In this document: piece after piece, positions 8,516-16,438 of the stretch
Layout: each line of letters opens with the position of its first letter
Numbering within the stretch: the first letter of the stretch is position 1
Source of the DNA: Clostridia bacterium
GTDB taxonomy: Bacteria > Bacillota > Clostridia > Oscillospirales > CAG-272
Assembly (NCBI GenBank): GCA_017456985.1
Contig: JAFTIH010000031.1
Span: forward strand, 64,421 to 128,420
Direction of reading: 5' to 3'
DNA length: 64,000 nucleotides
Made by a program: the position numbers and the translations under genes
The notes under the pieces: model-generated
What the model saw: only the letters and a program-made list of their open reading frames with translations
What the model was told of the DNA's origin: nothing
Database searches by the model: none

Positions 8516-8884
8516 TTAGAACGAGTAGCCCTCGACGCTGTAATACGCCATATTGGACTGTCTGACGTCAAGCCTACCGAAGCAAGCGCAGATGGGAAGA
8601 TCACTTTTTACCCATACCGTGTATTGAACGGACTCGCCAAGCTTGAAGCCTTGCTTGCCCATCGGCTGATCAAGGCGGATGCAGGTCGTTCTCATGCCGT
8701 CAAGCATAACTTGGATATTTCCTACCGGGTCTTTGTCTTCAAAAATGAAGGTAAGCTCAATGTGTGCGGTCTTTTTGCCAAGGTTGGTCAGCATCAGCGC
8801 CTCGTGTCCCTCAAAATCAGGATTATCGCCGTGAGGGGGAAGATAGCCGTCGCAGAACACCCAGTTTCTTTTTCCTTTTTGCAT
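8516..8884 (-). CDS. ASRT-family (Anabaena sensory rhodopsin transducer-like) small beta-sandwich protein
   Basis: WVFCDGYLPPHGDNPDFEGHEALMLTN..IELTFIFEDKDPVG..RLDVRQSNMAYYSVEGYS parallels the ASRT pattern I recall (AEGYIPPYG..HETVCILN..ITIYYSDKEPVG..RLDSRQ). Confidence 0.6.
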   Translation of the reverse strand: MQKGKRNWVFCDGYLPPHGDNPDFEGHEALMLTNLGKKTAHIELTFIFEDKDPVGNIQVMLDGMRTTCIRLDQPMGKQGFKLGESVQYTVWVKSDLPICACFGRLDVRQSNMAYYSVEGYSF

Positions 8885-8904
8885 TTTCGTGTCACTCCTT
8901 ATCC

Positions 8905-10101
8905 TTACAAGCCGAAAATTTTAGGAAGTGCCTTGTCGTTGTAGGTCGTCATTCTCTTGGCACCGTCCTTGCCGATCAGGTAGCAATCCTCAATGCGGAA
9001 GGAGCCCCATTCCATCCCCTTAAAGTACGCATCGATGCAGATCGCCATATTTTCCTCGATCACGCGCTTGTTAGCGACGGTAAACGTGGGTGCCTCGCAC
9101 TCCAGCATACCCGTGCTGTGAAGGCTGCCGTAGGGGCAATAGTCGATATAGCCGTACTTGGTAAGATAGTCGGTGTATGCGTTCAAGACAACGTCGCAGG
9201 GCGTGCCGGGCACCATTTTTGCCGAAGCGTAGTTCAGTGCTTCGTATGCGCATTTGACGGCATCCTTGATCTTCTCGGGGATTTTGCCGAGAACGAGGGG
9301 ACTGCAAATAATACCGTTGTAGCCCTCGTAGCAAACGCCTGCCGCAAGGTTGATGATCTCGCTTTCCTTGATTTGACGCATTGTATTTCTGCACATACTG
9401 ATGTAGGAGTTCTCGGGACCCGTAGCGACCATAGGAGCAAAGGACTGCACGTAGCTCTCGGCACCCAGACGCATCATTTCCGCCTCGAACATACCCTCGA
9501 TATGACGCTCGGTCATACCCACCTCGATCCCCGGAACGACGTTCGTGAACATTTCGCTCACCATTGCCCAGTTGGTTTTCAAGCATTCGATCTCGGCAGG
9601 GCTCTTGATGATTCTTTGCTCGTAGTGTACGTCGTCAAAATCTACGATCTCAGCGTCAGCGAAAACCTTTCTTAACTTACTCATAATGATAGCGGGGAAG
9701 ATCAGTCTGCCGATAAATGCTACCCGCTTTACGGTAGGAGAGGTTGCCTTCACCTCGCGGAACAGCTCTTCAAAGTCAAGCTGCCCCTCCGTATTGTATT
9801 CAAAACCGCTGACCTCACCGATCTCGGGCAAAATCGCAATTCTGCTGTTTGGCAGAGCATTTTGCACAAGGCAGTAATCGTAGGACGCCTGACCGCTGCA
9901 AACGATGACCTCGCCCTCGGCGGGGATGATAATGGCAGAGCTCTCGTTCACGGGAGCAAAGCCGCAATAGTAACGTACGATACCGATCTCAAGGAGGTTA
10001 GAGAAGCCGACGAGAACGTCAATTCCTCTTTGTGCCATTTCCTTGCGGATCGCATCGACTCTTGCTTGATATTCCTTGCCTTCGATTTTAGGGTAATTCA
10101 T
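8905..10101 (-). CDS. M24-family metallopeptidase fold protein (Xaa-Pro peptidase/creatinase-like); start taken at ATG 10101 behind AAGGAG
   Basis: It has a creatinase-type N-domain plus a pita-bread C-domain (SPAEIECLK..ERHIEG..FAPMVATGPENS..INLAAGVCYEGYNG..HSTGMLECEAP..IEDCYLIGKDG). Confidence 0.7.
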   Translation of the reverse strand: MNYPKIEGKEYQARVDAIRKEMAQRGIDVLVGFSNLLEIGIVRYYCGFAPVNESSAIIIPAEGEVIVCSGQASYDYCLVQNALPNSRIAILPEIGEVSGFEYNTEGQLDFEELFREVKATSPTVKRVAFIGRLIFPAIIMSKLRKVFADAEIVDFDDVHYEQRIIKSPAEIECLKTNWAMVSEMFTNVVPGIEVGMTERHIEGMFEAEMMRLGAESYVQSFAPMVATGPENSYISMCRNTMRQIKESEIINLAAGVCYEGYNGIICSPLVLGKIPEKIKDAVKCAYEALNYASAKMVPGTPCDVVLNAYTDYLTKYGYIDYCPYGSLHSTGMLECEAPTFTVANKRVIEENMAICIDAYFKGMEWGSFRIEDCYLIGKDGAKRMTTYNDKALPKIFGL

Positions 10102-10117
10102 TTTCGTTATCTCCTTT

Positions 10118-11125
10118 TTAATCAATAAACCGTTTTACGTTTTCGGTGAGAATGCCTTGATATGTTTCTTCGCTGATGCCGTTTTCAAGCGCCATCGCCT
10201 TGACCCCGCGAAGAATATGGGCGTATCCAAGCCCGCCAAAGGTGCGGAGCATGCCTTTCAGACAAATGTCGTTGCAAAGAAGAATTTTATCGCCGTAGCC
10301 CTCGTCAATCAGCATTTTTAAGACTTTTACACGCTCAAGGTCGTACGCAAATCTTCGTTTCTCGGAAACGTAAAACTCCTTTCCGAAATTGTCGAATTCA
10401 ACGTAAACACCCGCGTCAAGAAGCTTGCGAATATAGTCGGGACGGAGCCAAACGTCGACGTGATCGATGCAGATCCTTTCGGGGCGCATCCCCTCGCTCG
10501 TCAGAATTTTGATGATCTCGATGCCGTTTTCCGTGTATAGATCCGTATGCACATGAACGGCTTTGTCCGTCTCTGCACTCACGATGCCTGCGGCATGGAG
10601 AACCTTTTTTTCATTCTCGCTGACGACGGCGCTCGTGCCGATCTCGCCAATGATGCCCGCACGGACATCTGTGCCCTTGATACCGACAAGCAGATCTTGA
10701 CGCATTTCGTCGGCTAACTCTGTAACTGTGGCATCCTTTAAGTAGGGAAAGTGCGATCTTTCATAATAGTGACCGCATCCTGCCACGATATTTATCCCTG
10801 TTTTTTGCGATAACGCTTTGAGTGCGGCAGGGTCCCTTCCAATTTCATCCGGCGTGCAGTCAATGATGCTTTCCCCGCCGTGCTCCTTAAAATAGGCAAG
10901 CTCTTTGCACGCGTCCTCAAAGCTGTCGATGCGGGCGTTATCAAGCACTGCGTAAGGATCAAGGGCAACGTCAGCCCGCGAGAGAATGGAAAAGGGGTCA
11001 TAAAAACTTTGTGGCTCGGTTCCCGTCACCTCTACGCATCCCCGCATATCGATAAAGATATGCTCGTGCGATGCGGTAACACCGAGCGCGGAGGAATCGA
11101 TCTCGCCAAGTACCGTTGTGATCAT
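10118..11125 (-). CDS. Phosphotriesterase-family (PTER/Php-like) amidohydrolase-fold protein
   Basis: The N-terminus is GVTASHEHIFIDMRG (HxH metal motif). It has a TIM-barrel length of 335 aa, with VHVHTD and IDHVD motifs. Confidence 0.7.
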   Translation of the reverse strand: MITTVLGEIDSSALGVTASHEHIFIDMRGCVEVTGTEPQSFYDPFSILSRADVALDPYAVLDNARIDSFEDACKELAYFKEHGGESIIDCTPDEIGRDPAALKALSQKTGINIVAGCGHYYERSHFPYLKDATVTELADEMRQDLLVGIKGTDVRAGIIGEIGTSAVVSENEKKVLHAAGIVSAETDKAVHVHTDLYTENGIEIIKILTSEGMRPERICIDHVDVWLRPDYIRKLLDAGVYVEFDNFGKEFYVSEKRRFAYDLERVKVLKMLIDEGYGDKILLCNDICLKGMLRTFGGLGYAHILRGVKAMALENGISEETYQGILTENVKRFID

Positions 11126-11149
11126 ACGCCTCTCCTTTTGTAAAGTTTA

Positions 11150-11932
11150 TTATAGAACGGTATCGTCGCCGTATTTCTCTATATAGTCTTTTAGGATTTT
11201 GTTGGTCGGCAGGTCCGCATCCCCGACCGTGCTTGAGCAGAAGATCACGCCGTCAAGGGCGCCACTCTTTACCATGGCAAAGTAGCGCGAGAGCTGATCC
11301 TCGAACAAACGAGCGTCCATCGGGCAGTTGTGCTTTCCGTCGTAGTCCCAAAGATAGATGCCGCCCATCAGCTTTTTGCCCTCGGCAAGCGATACGATCT
11401 TCGGCAGATATTCGTCCATTTTTGCAATGTTCTCGCATTCCCAGATCCAGAACGTCACGCCGTCAAAGCATTTAAGATAGGGGCGTAGATCAAGGTCGAG
11501 CTGATGATCATAAAGCACGCACCAAAAATCAAGACCCTTTTCGTTCAGTGCCGTCTTGATCTTTTTTAAGACCTCCGGGGGAAAGCGCTTCATTCGCTCG
11601 GGGGAGAAAAAGTCATCCACCACGCCGCCCGTAACGTTTTGGGTGCTATTGAGGATGGCAAGAATATCCTCCGTATTTCCAAGCTCGGCATCGGGAAGGG
11701 GAGTGCTTGCGTCACCGAGCACCGACCACTTGATCTCGGAGAGGGAAGAAAGCCGCCCTGCCATCGCATCAAAGGGCGGTTTGATGTTTCCACCGTAGGA
11801 AACGACGAAGGCGTTGGGGATCCCGTATTCCTTCGCGAAGTCCTCGGGCGTCATATGGCAGCATAAGCCCGTGCATTCGTTGTGCGAGCCTTCAAGATGT
11901 CCCCAATTCCAAAGCTTGTCCTTTAGCTTCAT
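11150..11932 (-). CDS. Hypothetical protein (260 aa), family not recognised; start at ATG 11932, overlapping the AraC stop (ATGA)
   Basis: The ORF track frame is trimmed to MKLKDKLWNWGHLEGSHNE.., where ATG overlaps the TGA of the upstream regulator. The codon-aligned shadow ORFs on the plus strand fit coding on the minus strand. Confidence 0.55.
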   Translation of the reverse strand: MKLKDKLWNWGHLEGSHNECTGLCCHMTPEDFAKEYGIPNAFVVSYGGNIKPPFDAMAGRLSSLSEIKWSVLGDASTPLPDAELGNTEDILAILNSTQNVTGGVVDDFFSPERMKRFPPEVLKKIKTALNEKGLDFWCVLYDHQLDLDLRPYLKCFDGVTFWIWECENIAKMDEYLPKIVSLAEGKKLMGGIYLWDYDGKHNCPMDARLFEDQLSRYFAMVKSGALDGVIFCSSTVGDADLPTNKILKDYIEKYGDDTVL

Positions 11933-12795
11933 AAGTGTTTCTCCTTTTTGTAAGCGGTAGGAGTCGTTCCCACCTGTTTTTTGAACAGTGAACAAAAATA
12001 TTTTAGTTCGGAAAAGGCAAGCCGAGCGGCAATTTCCGTCACAGGCAGATCCGTTTCCCGTAAAAGCCGCTTTGCTTCCTCGATCTTCATACGGTTAAAG
12101 CAACCGATGAGTGTTTCGCCCGTTTGCTCCTTAAAGGTCTTGCATAGAAAAGAACGGGAATAGTTGACCCGATCGCAAATTTCGTCCAGCGAGAGCTTCG
12201 AGGATAAGTTTTCCTCAAAATACCCAATGACGATCCCGACAAGATCACGGTAAAACGCCTCGTCGCTGAGAATGACGAGCTCCGAGTCCTTTTTTCCCGA
12301 CAGGTGCCGCATCAAGGCGATCAAAAGATAGGAAAGCTGGGAGAGAATTACCTGCTGACCGCCGAAATTCGGATGTTCGATTATCTCCAAAAGATCCTTT
12401 GCATTCATGCGGAAGGTGTGTTGGCTTTCGTCAATTATGACCTTCATGCACGATGCTTGCGTAGCGTCGAGAGAGAATTTCTTGTCCGCAAGGGAACGTA
12501 GCGCCGACGAGGGGCTTTCAAAGCAGATCACGAACGCGCGCGAGCGGTTGCCGTATGGCGAGTGATAAGAATGTGTTTCGTTCGGGGCGATAAGGATCAA
12601 CTCGTTTTCATAGATGACAGATTCCTCATCGTCGATCGAAACGCTGACGTCGCCCTTTTCTACGTAGCATAGCTCATAGAAGGGGTGCCGTTCTTTATAA
12701 TTTTGGTAGCGTCCTTCAAAATCAAGATACTCAAGCGCGCTCAGCTCCTTTATATCAATGACGTTGACGATGCGATGCCTTAAATACGTTTTCAT
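11929..12795 (-). CDS. AraC-family transcriptional regulator (cupin-like sensor plus 2xHTH)
   Basis: The C-terminus LSLDEICDRVNYSRSFLCKTFKEQTGETLIGCFNRMKIEEAKRLLRETDLPVTEIAARLAFSELKYFCSLFKKQVGTTPTAYKK is a classic AraC HTH pair. Confidence 0.85.
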   Translation of the reverse strand: MKTYLRHRIVNVIDIKELSALEYLDFEGRYQNYKERHPFYELCYVEKGDVSVSIDDEESVIYENELILIAPNETHSYHSPYGNRSRAFVICFESPSSALRSLADKKFSLDATQASCMKVIIDESQHTFRMNAKDLLEIIEHPNFGGQQVILSQLSYLLIALMRHLSGKKDSELVILSDEAFYRDLVGIVIGYFEENLSSKLSLDEICDRVNYSRSFLCKTFKEQTGETLIGCFNRMKIEEAKRLLRETDLPVTEIAARLAFSELKYFCSLFKKQVGTTPTAYKKEKHL

Positions 12796-12818
12796 CGGAT
12801 CCTCTCCTTCCTTGTTTT

Positions 12819-12847
12819 ATTATACAGCATTACTTTCGTATTGTAAA
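12819..12847 (-). promoter_or_regulatory. Putative sigma-A promoter of the AraC operon (TTTACA-17-TATAAT)
   Basis: The reverse complement reads tttaca atacgaaagtaatgctg tataat, followed by AAGGAAGGAG and ATG. Confidence 0.5.
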
Positions 12848-13011
12848 TCTATTATTTTCTAAAATATACCAAAATTTTCTTCAAAAAAATATTTGTGTTA
12901 TATTTTCGTGCAAAATGCGAAGCCTCCCTCGTGGAAAGTCAAGAGTATAATTTTCTTTAAACGACAAATACTAGAAATACAAATCTGTAAATCAAGGAGA
13001 TTTTTATATAG

Positions 13012-13036
13012 ATGAAAGCTACAGGAATTGTCAGAA
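13012..13036 (+). repeat. Right copy of the 25-bp direct repeat (the first 25 nt of spoVT)
   Basis: Identical to 8389..8413. Confidence 0.9.
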
Positions 13037-13566
13037 GAATTGACGACCTCGGACGCGTCGTCATTCCCAAAGAGATCAGAAGAACGATGCGCATCCGCGA
13101 GGGCGATCCTCTTGAAATATATACGGACCGAGAGGGAGAGGTGATCTTTAAAAAATATTCCCCCATCGGAGAGCTTGCGGGGTTCGCGACCGAATACGCC
13201 GAAACACTTCATAAGATCTGCGGAATTTCCGTTTTGATCTTTGATCGCGATGCCGTGATCGCGGTGGCGGGCGTTCCCAAACGGGAATACCTCGATAAAA
13301 AGATGTCGGAGGAGCTTGAGGCGATCGTCGAGCGCAGACAGCTTTACGTGCGTCGCACACGCGAGGAGCGGATCGAGCTGACGGACGGGGGAAGCGCGCA
13401 CGTGCTGAACTGTGGGATGCCTATCATTACGGAAGGGGACGTCGTGGGGTGCGTTTGCTCCGTGACGGTACCTGATGGGGAGGAGGGAGGCGGTCTTTCG
13501 CCCGATTCCGAAGCCAAGCTTATTCAAACGGCGGCCGGCTTTTTAAGCAAGCAAATGGAAAGCTGA
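13012..13566 (+). CDS. spoVT: Stage V sporulation protein T (AbrB-family swapped-hairpin N-domain plus GAF-like C-domain)
   Basis: MKATGIVRRIDDLGRVVIPKEIRRTMRIREGDPLEIYTDREGEVIFKKYSPIGEL and the C-terminal TAAGFLSKQME closely follow B. subtilis SpoVT as I recall it. Confidence 0.9.
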   Translation: MKATGIVRRIDDLGRVVIPKEIRRTMRIREGDPLEIYTDREGEVIFKKYSPIGELAGFATEYAETLHKICGISVLIFDRDAVIAVAGVPKREYLDKKMSEELEAIVERRQLYVRRTREERIELTDGGSAHVLNCGMPIITEGDVVGCVCSVTVPDGEEGGGLSPDSEAKLIQTAAGFLSKQMES

Positions 13567-13570
13567 TAAA

Positions 13571-13612
13571 AAAGGACTGTAGCGTGAAGAAAATCACGTC
13601 ATACAGTCCTTT
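13571..13612. terminator. Bidirectional terminator between spoVT and mntP
   Basis: The outer stem is aaaggactgta..tacagtccttt, with an inner cgtga/tcacg pairing. An A-run precedes it and a T-run follows. Confidence 0.7.
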
Positions 13613-13616
13613 TTTG

Positions 13617-14207
13617 TTAAGCGAAGAGTGTTACAAGGTGTTCGATCAGAATTTTAAGACCGATCAGGATGAGGATGATACCGCCCGCAAGCTCAGCGCC
13701 GTATTTCCACCGTTCTCCGATCTTTGCGCCAAGAGAAGCGCCGATGAAGGAGCAAAGGAAGGTAGTAACGCCGATCATCGAGATGGCGAGAACGACGTTG
13801 ACGTTCATAGCAGCAAAGGTAACACCCGCCGCCAGCGCATCAATGCTGGTGGCGATGGCAAAGGCAAGCATCGTGCGCGCGCCCAGCGATGCGTTTTTCT
13901 GTGCCTCCTCCTCGGAGCACTCGCAGCAAGCGCATTCCCGTCTTGCCTCGACGATCATTTTGATACCGAGAAATGCAAGCAGGGCGAAGGCAATGTAAGA
14001 GGAAAAGCGCGCAACGTATTCCGCAACAAAGGAGCCGAGAAGCCAACCGAGGAAGGGCATCAGTGCTTGGAAAAATCCAAACCAAACGCCGCACACAAGC
14101 CCTGTCTTTAAGTAGCTTTCCTTGGTAGAGAGCCCCTTGCAGATGCTGACGGCGAAGGCGTCCATCGCAAGAGCAACGGCGAGCAACAAAATTTCCCAAA
14201 CACTCAT
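13617..14207 (-). CDS. mntP: Manganese efflux pump MntP
   Basis: MSVWEILLLAVALAMDAFAVSICKGL and the repeated ATSIDALAAGV motif are characteristic of the MntP/YebN family. Confidence 0.85.
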   Translation of the reverse strand: MSVWEILLLAVALAMDAFAVSICKGLSTKESYLKTGLVCGVWFGFFQALMPFLGWLLGSFVAEYVARFSSYIAFALLAFLGIKMIVEARRECACCECSEEEAQKNASLGARTMLAFAIATSIDALAAGVTFAAMNVNVVLAISMIGVTTFLCSFIGASLGAKIGERWKYGAELAGGIILILIGLKILIEHLVTLFA

Positions 14208-14276
14208 AAAAACCTCTTTATGTTTTCAAAATCGTATCTTGATTTGCTTTGAAATGATCTTAAATCGTACTTGACC

Positions 14277-14305
14277 ATTGTAGCATAAAAGAAAATCTTT
14301 GTCAA
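14277..14305 (-). promoter_or_regulatory. Sigma-A promoter for mntP (TTGACA-17-TACAAT)
   Basis: The reverse complement reads ttgaca aagattttcttttatgc tacaat, about 70 nt upstream of the ATG. Confidence 0.6.
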
Positions 14306-14341
14306 GACGGAAAAAAAGACGAAAAAACTTGATAAAACCTA

Positions 14342-14370
14342 TTGACTTTAGCACGCTAATGTGCTACAAT
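14342..14370 (+). promoter_or_regulatory. Sigma-A promoter for the yerC-his operon (TTGACT-17-TACAAT), with GCAC-N6-GTGC in the spacer
   Basis: Reads ttgact ttagcacgctaatgtgc tacaat, about 35 nt upstream of the 14405 start. Confidence 0.6.
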
Positions 14371-14404
14371 ACGAATATCATTTTATAAAAGGAAGCAAAA
14401 CGGG

Positions 14405-14701
14405 ATGAATAAACTCAACAAAGAAACCACGCATAAGCTCTTCCGTGCGATCTTATCGCTCGAAACGGTCGAGGAATGCGAAAAGTTTTTTGACGATGCT
14501 TTTACCATTCAGGAGCTTGAGGCGATCGCCCAGCGATTTGACGTGGCTTGCCGCTTGGAAGAGGGGAAGAGCTACGTAGAGATCAATCGCGAAACGGGCG
14601 CAAGCACGGCTACCATCTGCCGTGTCAGCAAGTGCCTTAACTATGGAGACGGCGGCTACCGTATTGCGATCAAGCGCACGGCAAAGGAGACGGAGCAGTG
14701 A
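14405..14701 (+). CDS. yerC: YerC/YecD-family TrpR-like DNA-binding protein, first gene of the his operon
   Basis: LFRAILSLETVEECEKFFDDAFTIQELEAIAQRFDVACRLEEGKSYVEINRETGASTATICRVSKCLNYG matches the YerC/YecD pattern. A GTGA overlap links it to hisZ. Confidence 0.8.
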   Translation: MNKLNKETTHKLFRAILSLETVEECEKFFDDAFTIQELEAIAQRFDVACRLEEGKSYVEINRETGASTATICRVSKCLNYGDGGYRIAIKRTAKETEQ

Positions 14702-15816
14702 TCAACGAATCTCTTTTGAAGCCCGAGGAGCGGGCGATCTACGCGCTTCGCTCGCTGTATAGCAGCTACGGCTATACGCCTTACAAGATGAGCAAATTCG
14801 AGGAGTACGATCTTTACGTCAAGAATAAGGACTCCTTGATTTCCGAGGGAATTATCACCTTTACGGATACGAGAGGGCGGCTTTTGGCGCTTAAGCCCGA
14901 CGTGACGCTCTCCATCATCAAAAATTCCAAGGATATCGGTGACGGCGTTTATAAGGTCTATTATAATGAAAGCGTTTACCGTATCGGCAAGGATTCCCAC
15001 ACCTTTAAAGAAATTATGCAGACGGGTCTTGAATGTATCGGCTCGTTGGATGCCTATCAGGTTGCCGAGGTGGTCGTTTTAGCGCTTGATAGCCTTGCAA
15101 CGCTTGGCGGGGAATATATGCTTGACCTTGCGCACGTTGGACTCGTGGACGCGCTCTTTGCGGCGCAGGGAATCGACGGGGAAACGCGAGAGCGGATCTT
15201 AGATGCCATCAGCAAAAAAAATATGGCAGAGCTGGACGCCCTTGTTCGCGATAAGGCGCTCGGTGCTGACGCCGCCGCGCTTGCCGTGGCGCTTTCTGCT
15301 GAGTACGACAGCTTCGCCGATGCTTCAGCGTCACTTTCTGCGTATGCTACGACGGCTGAAGCTATGGATGCGCTTTCCTCGTTTGGCGAGCTGTGCGCGA
15401 CGCTTTCGGCGCTTGGATACGCCCAAAAGATCCGCATTGATTTTTCGGTCATCAATCCGACGAGCTATTATAGCGGTGTCGTTTTTAAGGGCTACATCAA
15501 GGGCATTCCCGATGGCGTGCTTGCAGGCGGTCAGTACGACCGTATGATGCGCCGTATGGGACGCGCTGACGGCGCAGTCGGCTTTGCCGTGTATATGGAC
15601 GCGCTGGCGCGCTACGGTGAAGAGGTTCCCGCCTACGACACGGATATTCTTCTTTTGAAGAACGGCGCCGCCCCCGCAGACGTTCTGCGTGCCGTTGCCG
15701 CGCTTTCTAAGGGCGGTGTACGCGTGACGGCGCTTTGTGAAAAGGCGCCTGCCATCCGTTATAAGTCGCTTTACAAGATGCAGGGAAAGGAGGCGATCCT
15801 TTGTGGAAATGATTAA
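14698..15816 (+). CDS. hisZ: ATP phosphoribosyltransferase regulatory subunit HisZ
   Basis: It is a HisRS-like paralogue (372 aa) directly upstream of a short-form hisG. Confidence 0.8.
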   Translation: MINESLLKPEERAIYALRSLYSSYGYTPYKMSKFEEYDLYVKNKDSLISEGIITFTDTRGRLLALKPDVTLSIIKNSKDIGDGVYKVYYNESVYRIGKDSHTFKEIMQTGLECIGSLDAYQVAEVVVLALDSLATLGGEYMLDLAHVGLVDALFAAQGIDGETRERILDAISKKNMAELDALVRDKALGADAAALAVALSAEYDSFADASASLSAYATTAEAMDALSSFGELCATLSALGYAQKIRIDFSVINPTSYYSGVVFKGYIKGIPDGVLAGGQYDRMMRRMGRADGAVGFAVYMDALARYGEEVPAYDTDILLLKNGAAPADVLRAVAALSKGGVRVTALCEKAPAIRYKSLYKMQGKEAILCGND

Positions 15817-16438
15817 CGTCGCATTACCCAAGGGACGGCTTGGGGAGAAGGTCTACGATCTTTTTGAGCGTGCAGGATACCCTTGCCCCTCTATTCGCGA
15901 GCCAAACCGCAAGCTGATTTTTGAAAACGAAGAGGTCGGCGTCCGTTATTTCTGGGTCAAGCCCTCCGACGTTGCCATTTACGTCGAGCGCGGTGCCGCC
16001 GATATCGGTGTTGCGGGGAAGGATATCCTTCTTGAATACAGCCCTGACGTTTACGAGCTTTTGGATCTCGGTCTCGGTAAGTGCCGTATGGCGGTTGCCG
16101 CGAAGGTGGGATTTCGCGAAAACCCTGCCAGCACGCTTCGCGTTGCCACGAAGTTTTCTAACATTGCATCCGCCTATTACGCGGAGAAGTGCCGTGATAT
16201 TGACATCATTCATTTGAACGGCTCCATCGAGATCGCTCCCATTCTCGGACTTTCGGACGTGATCGTGGATATCGTGGAAACGGGAAAAACGCTCCTCGAA
16301 AACGATTTGGAGCCCACGGAGACCATCGTACAGATCAGCGCAAGACTGATCGCCAACAAATCCGCATACAAGTTTAAAAACAAAGAAGTTTTGGCGCTGA
16401 AGGAGCGCTTGGCAGAGCTTTTGGAGAAACAGCTATGA
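15809..16438 (+). CDS. hisG: ATP phosphoribosyltransferase, short form; start at ATG 15809
   Basis: Starts MINVALPKGRLGEKVYDLFERAGY. At 209 aa it fits the HisZ-dependent short form. Confidence 0.85.
   Translation: MINVALPKGRLGEKVYDLFERAGYPCPSIREPNRKLIFENEEVGVRYFWVKPSDVAIYVERGAADIGVAGKDILLEYSPDVYELLDLGLGKCRMAVAAKVGFRENPASTLRVATKFSNIASAYYAEKCRDIDIIHLNGSIEIAPILGLSDVIVDIVETGKTLLENDLEPTETIVQISARLIANKSAYKFKNKEVLALKERLAELLEKQL

Noticed and set aside
12898-13527. 209-aa minus-strand ORF covering spoVT.
   Set aside because: It is antisense to an unmistakable SpoVT coding sequence. It would also have to start inside the spoVT-mntP terminator region.
14208-14276. Expected yybP-ykoY Mn2+ riboswitch upstream of mntP.
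   Set aside because: The leader between the TACAAT -10 box and the ATG is only about 70 nt. It shows none of the conserved riboswitch helices or GA-rich junction sequences I know.
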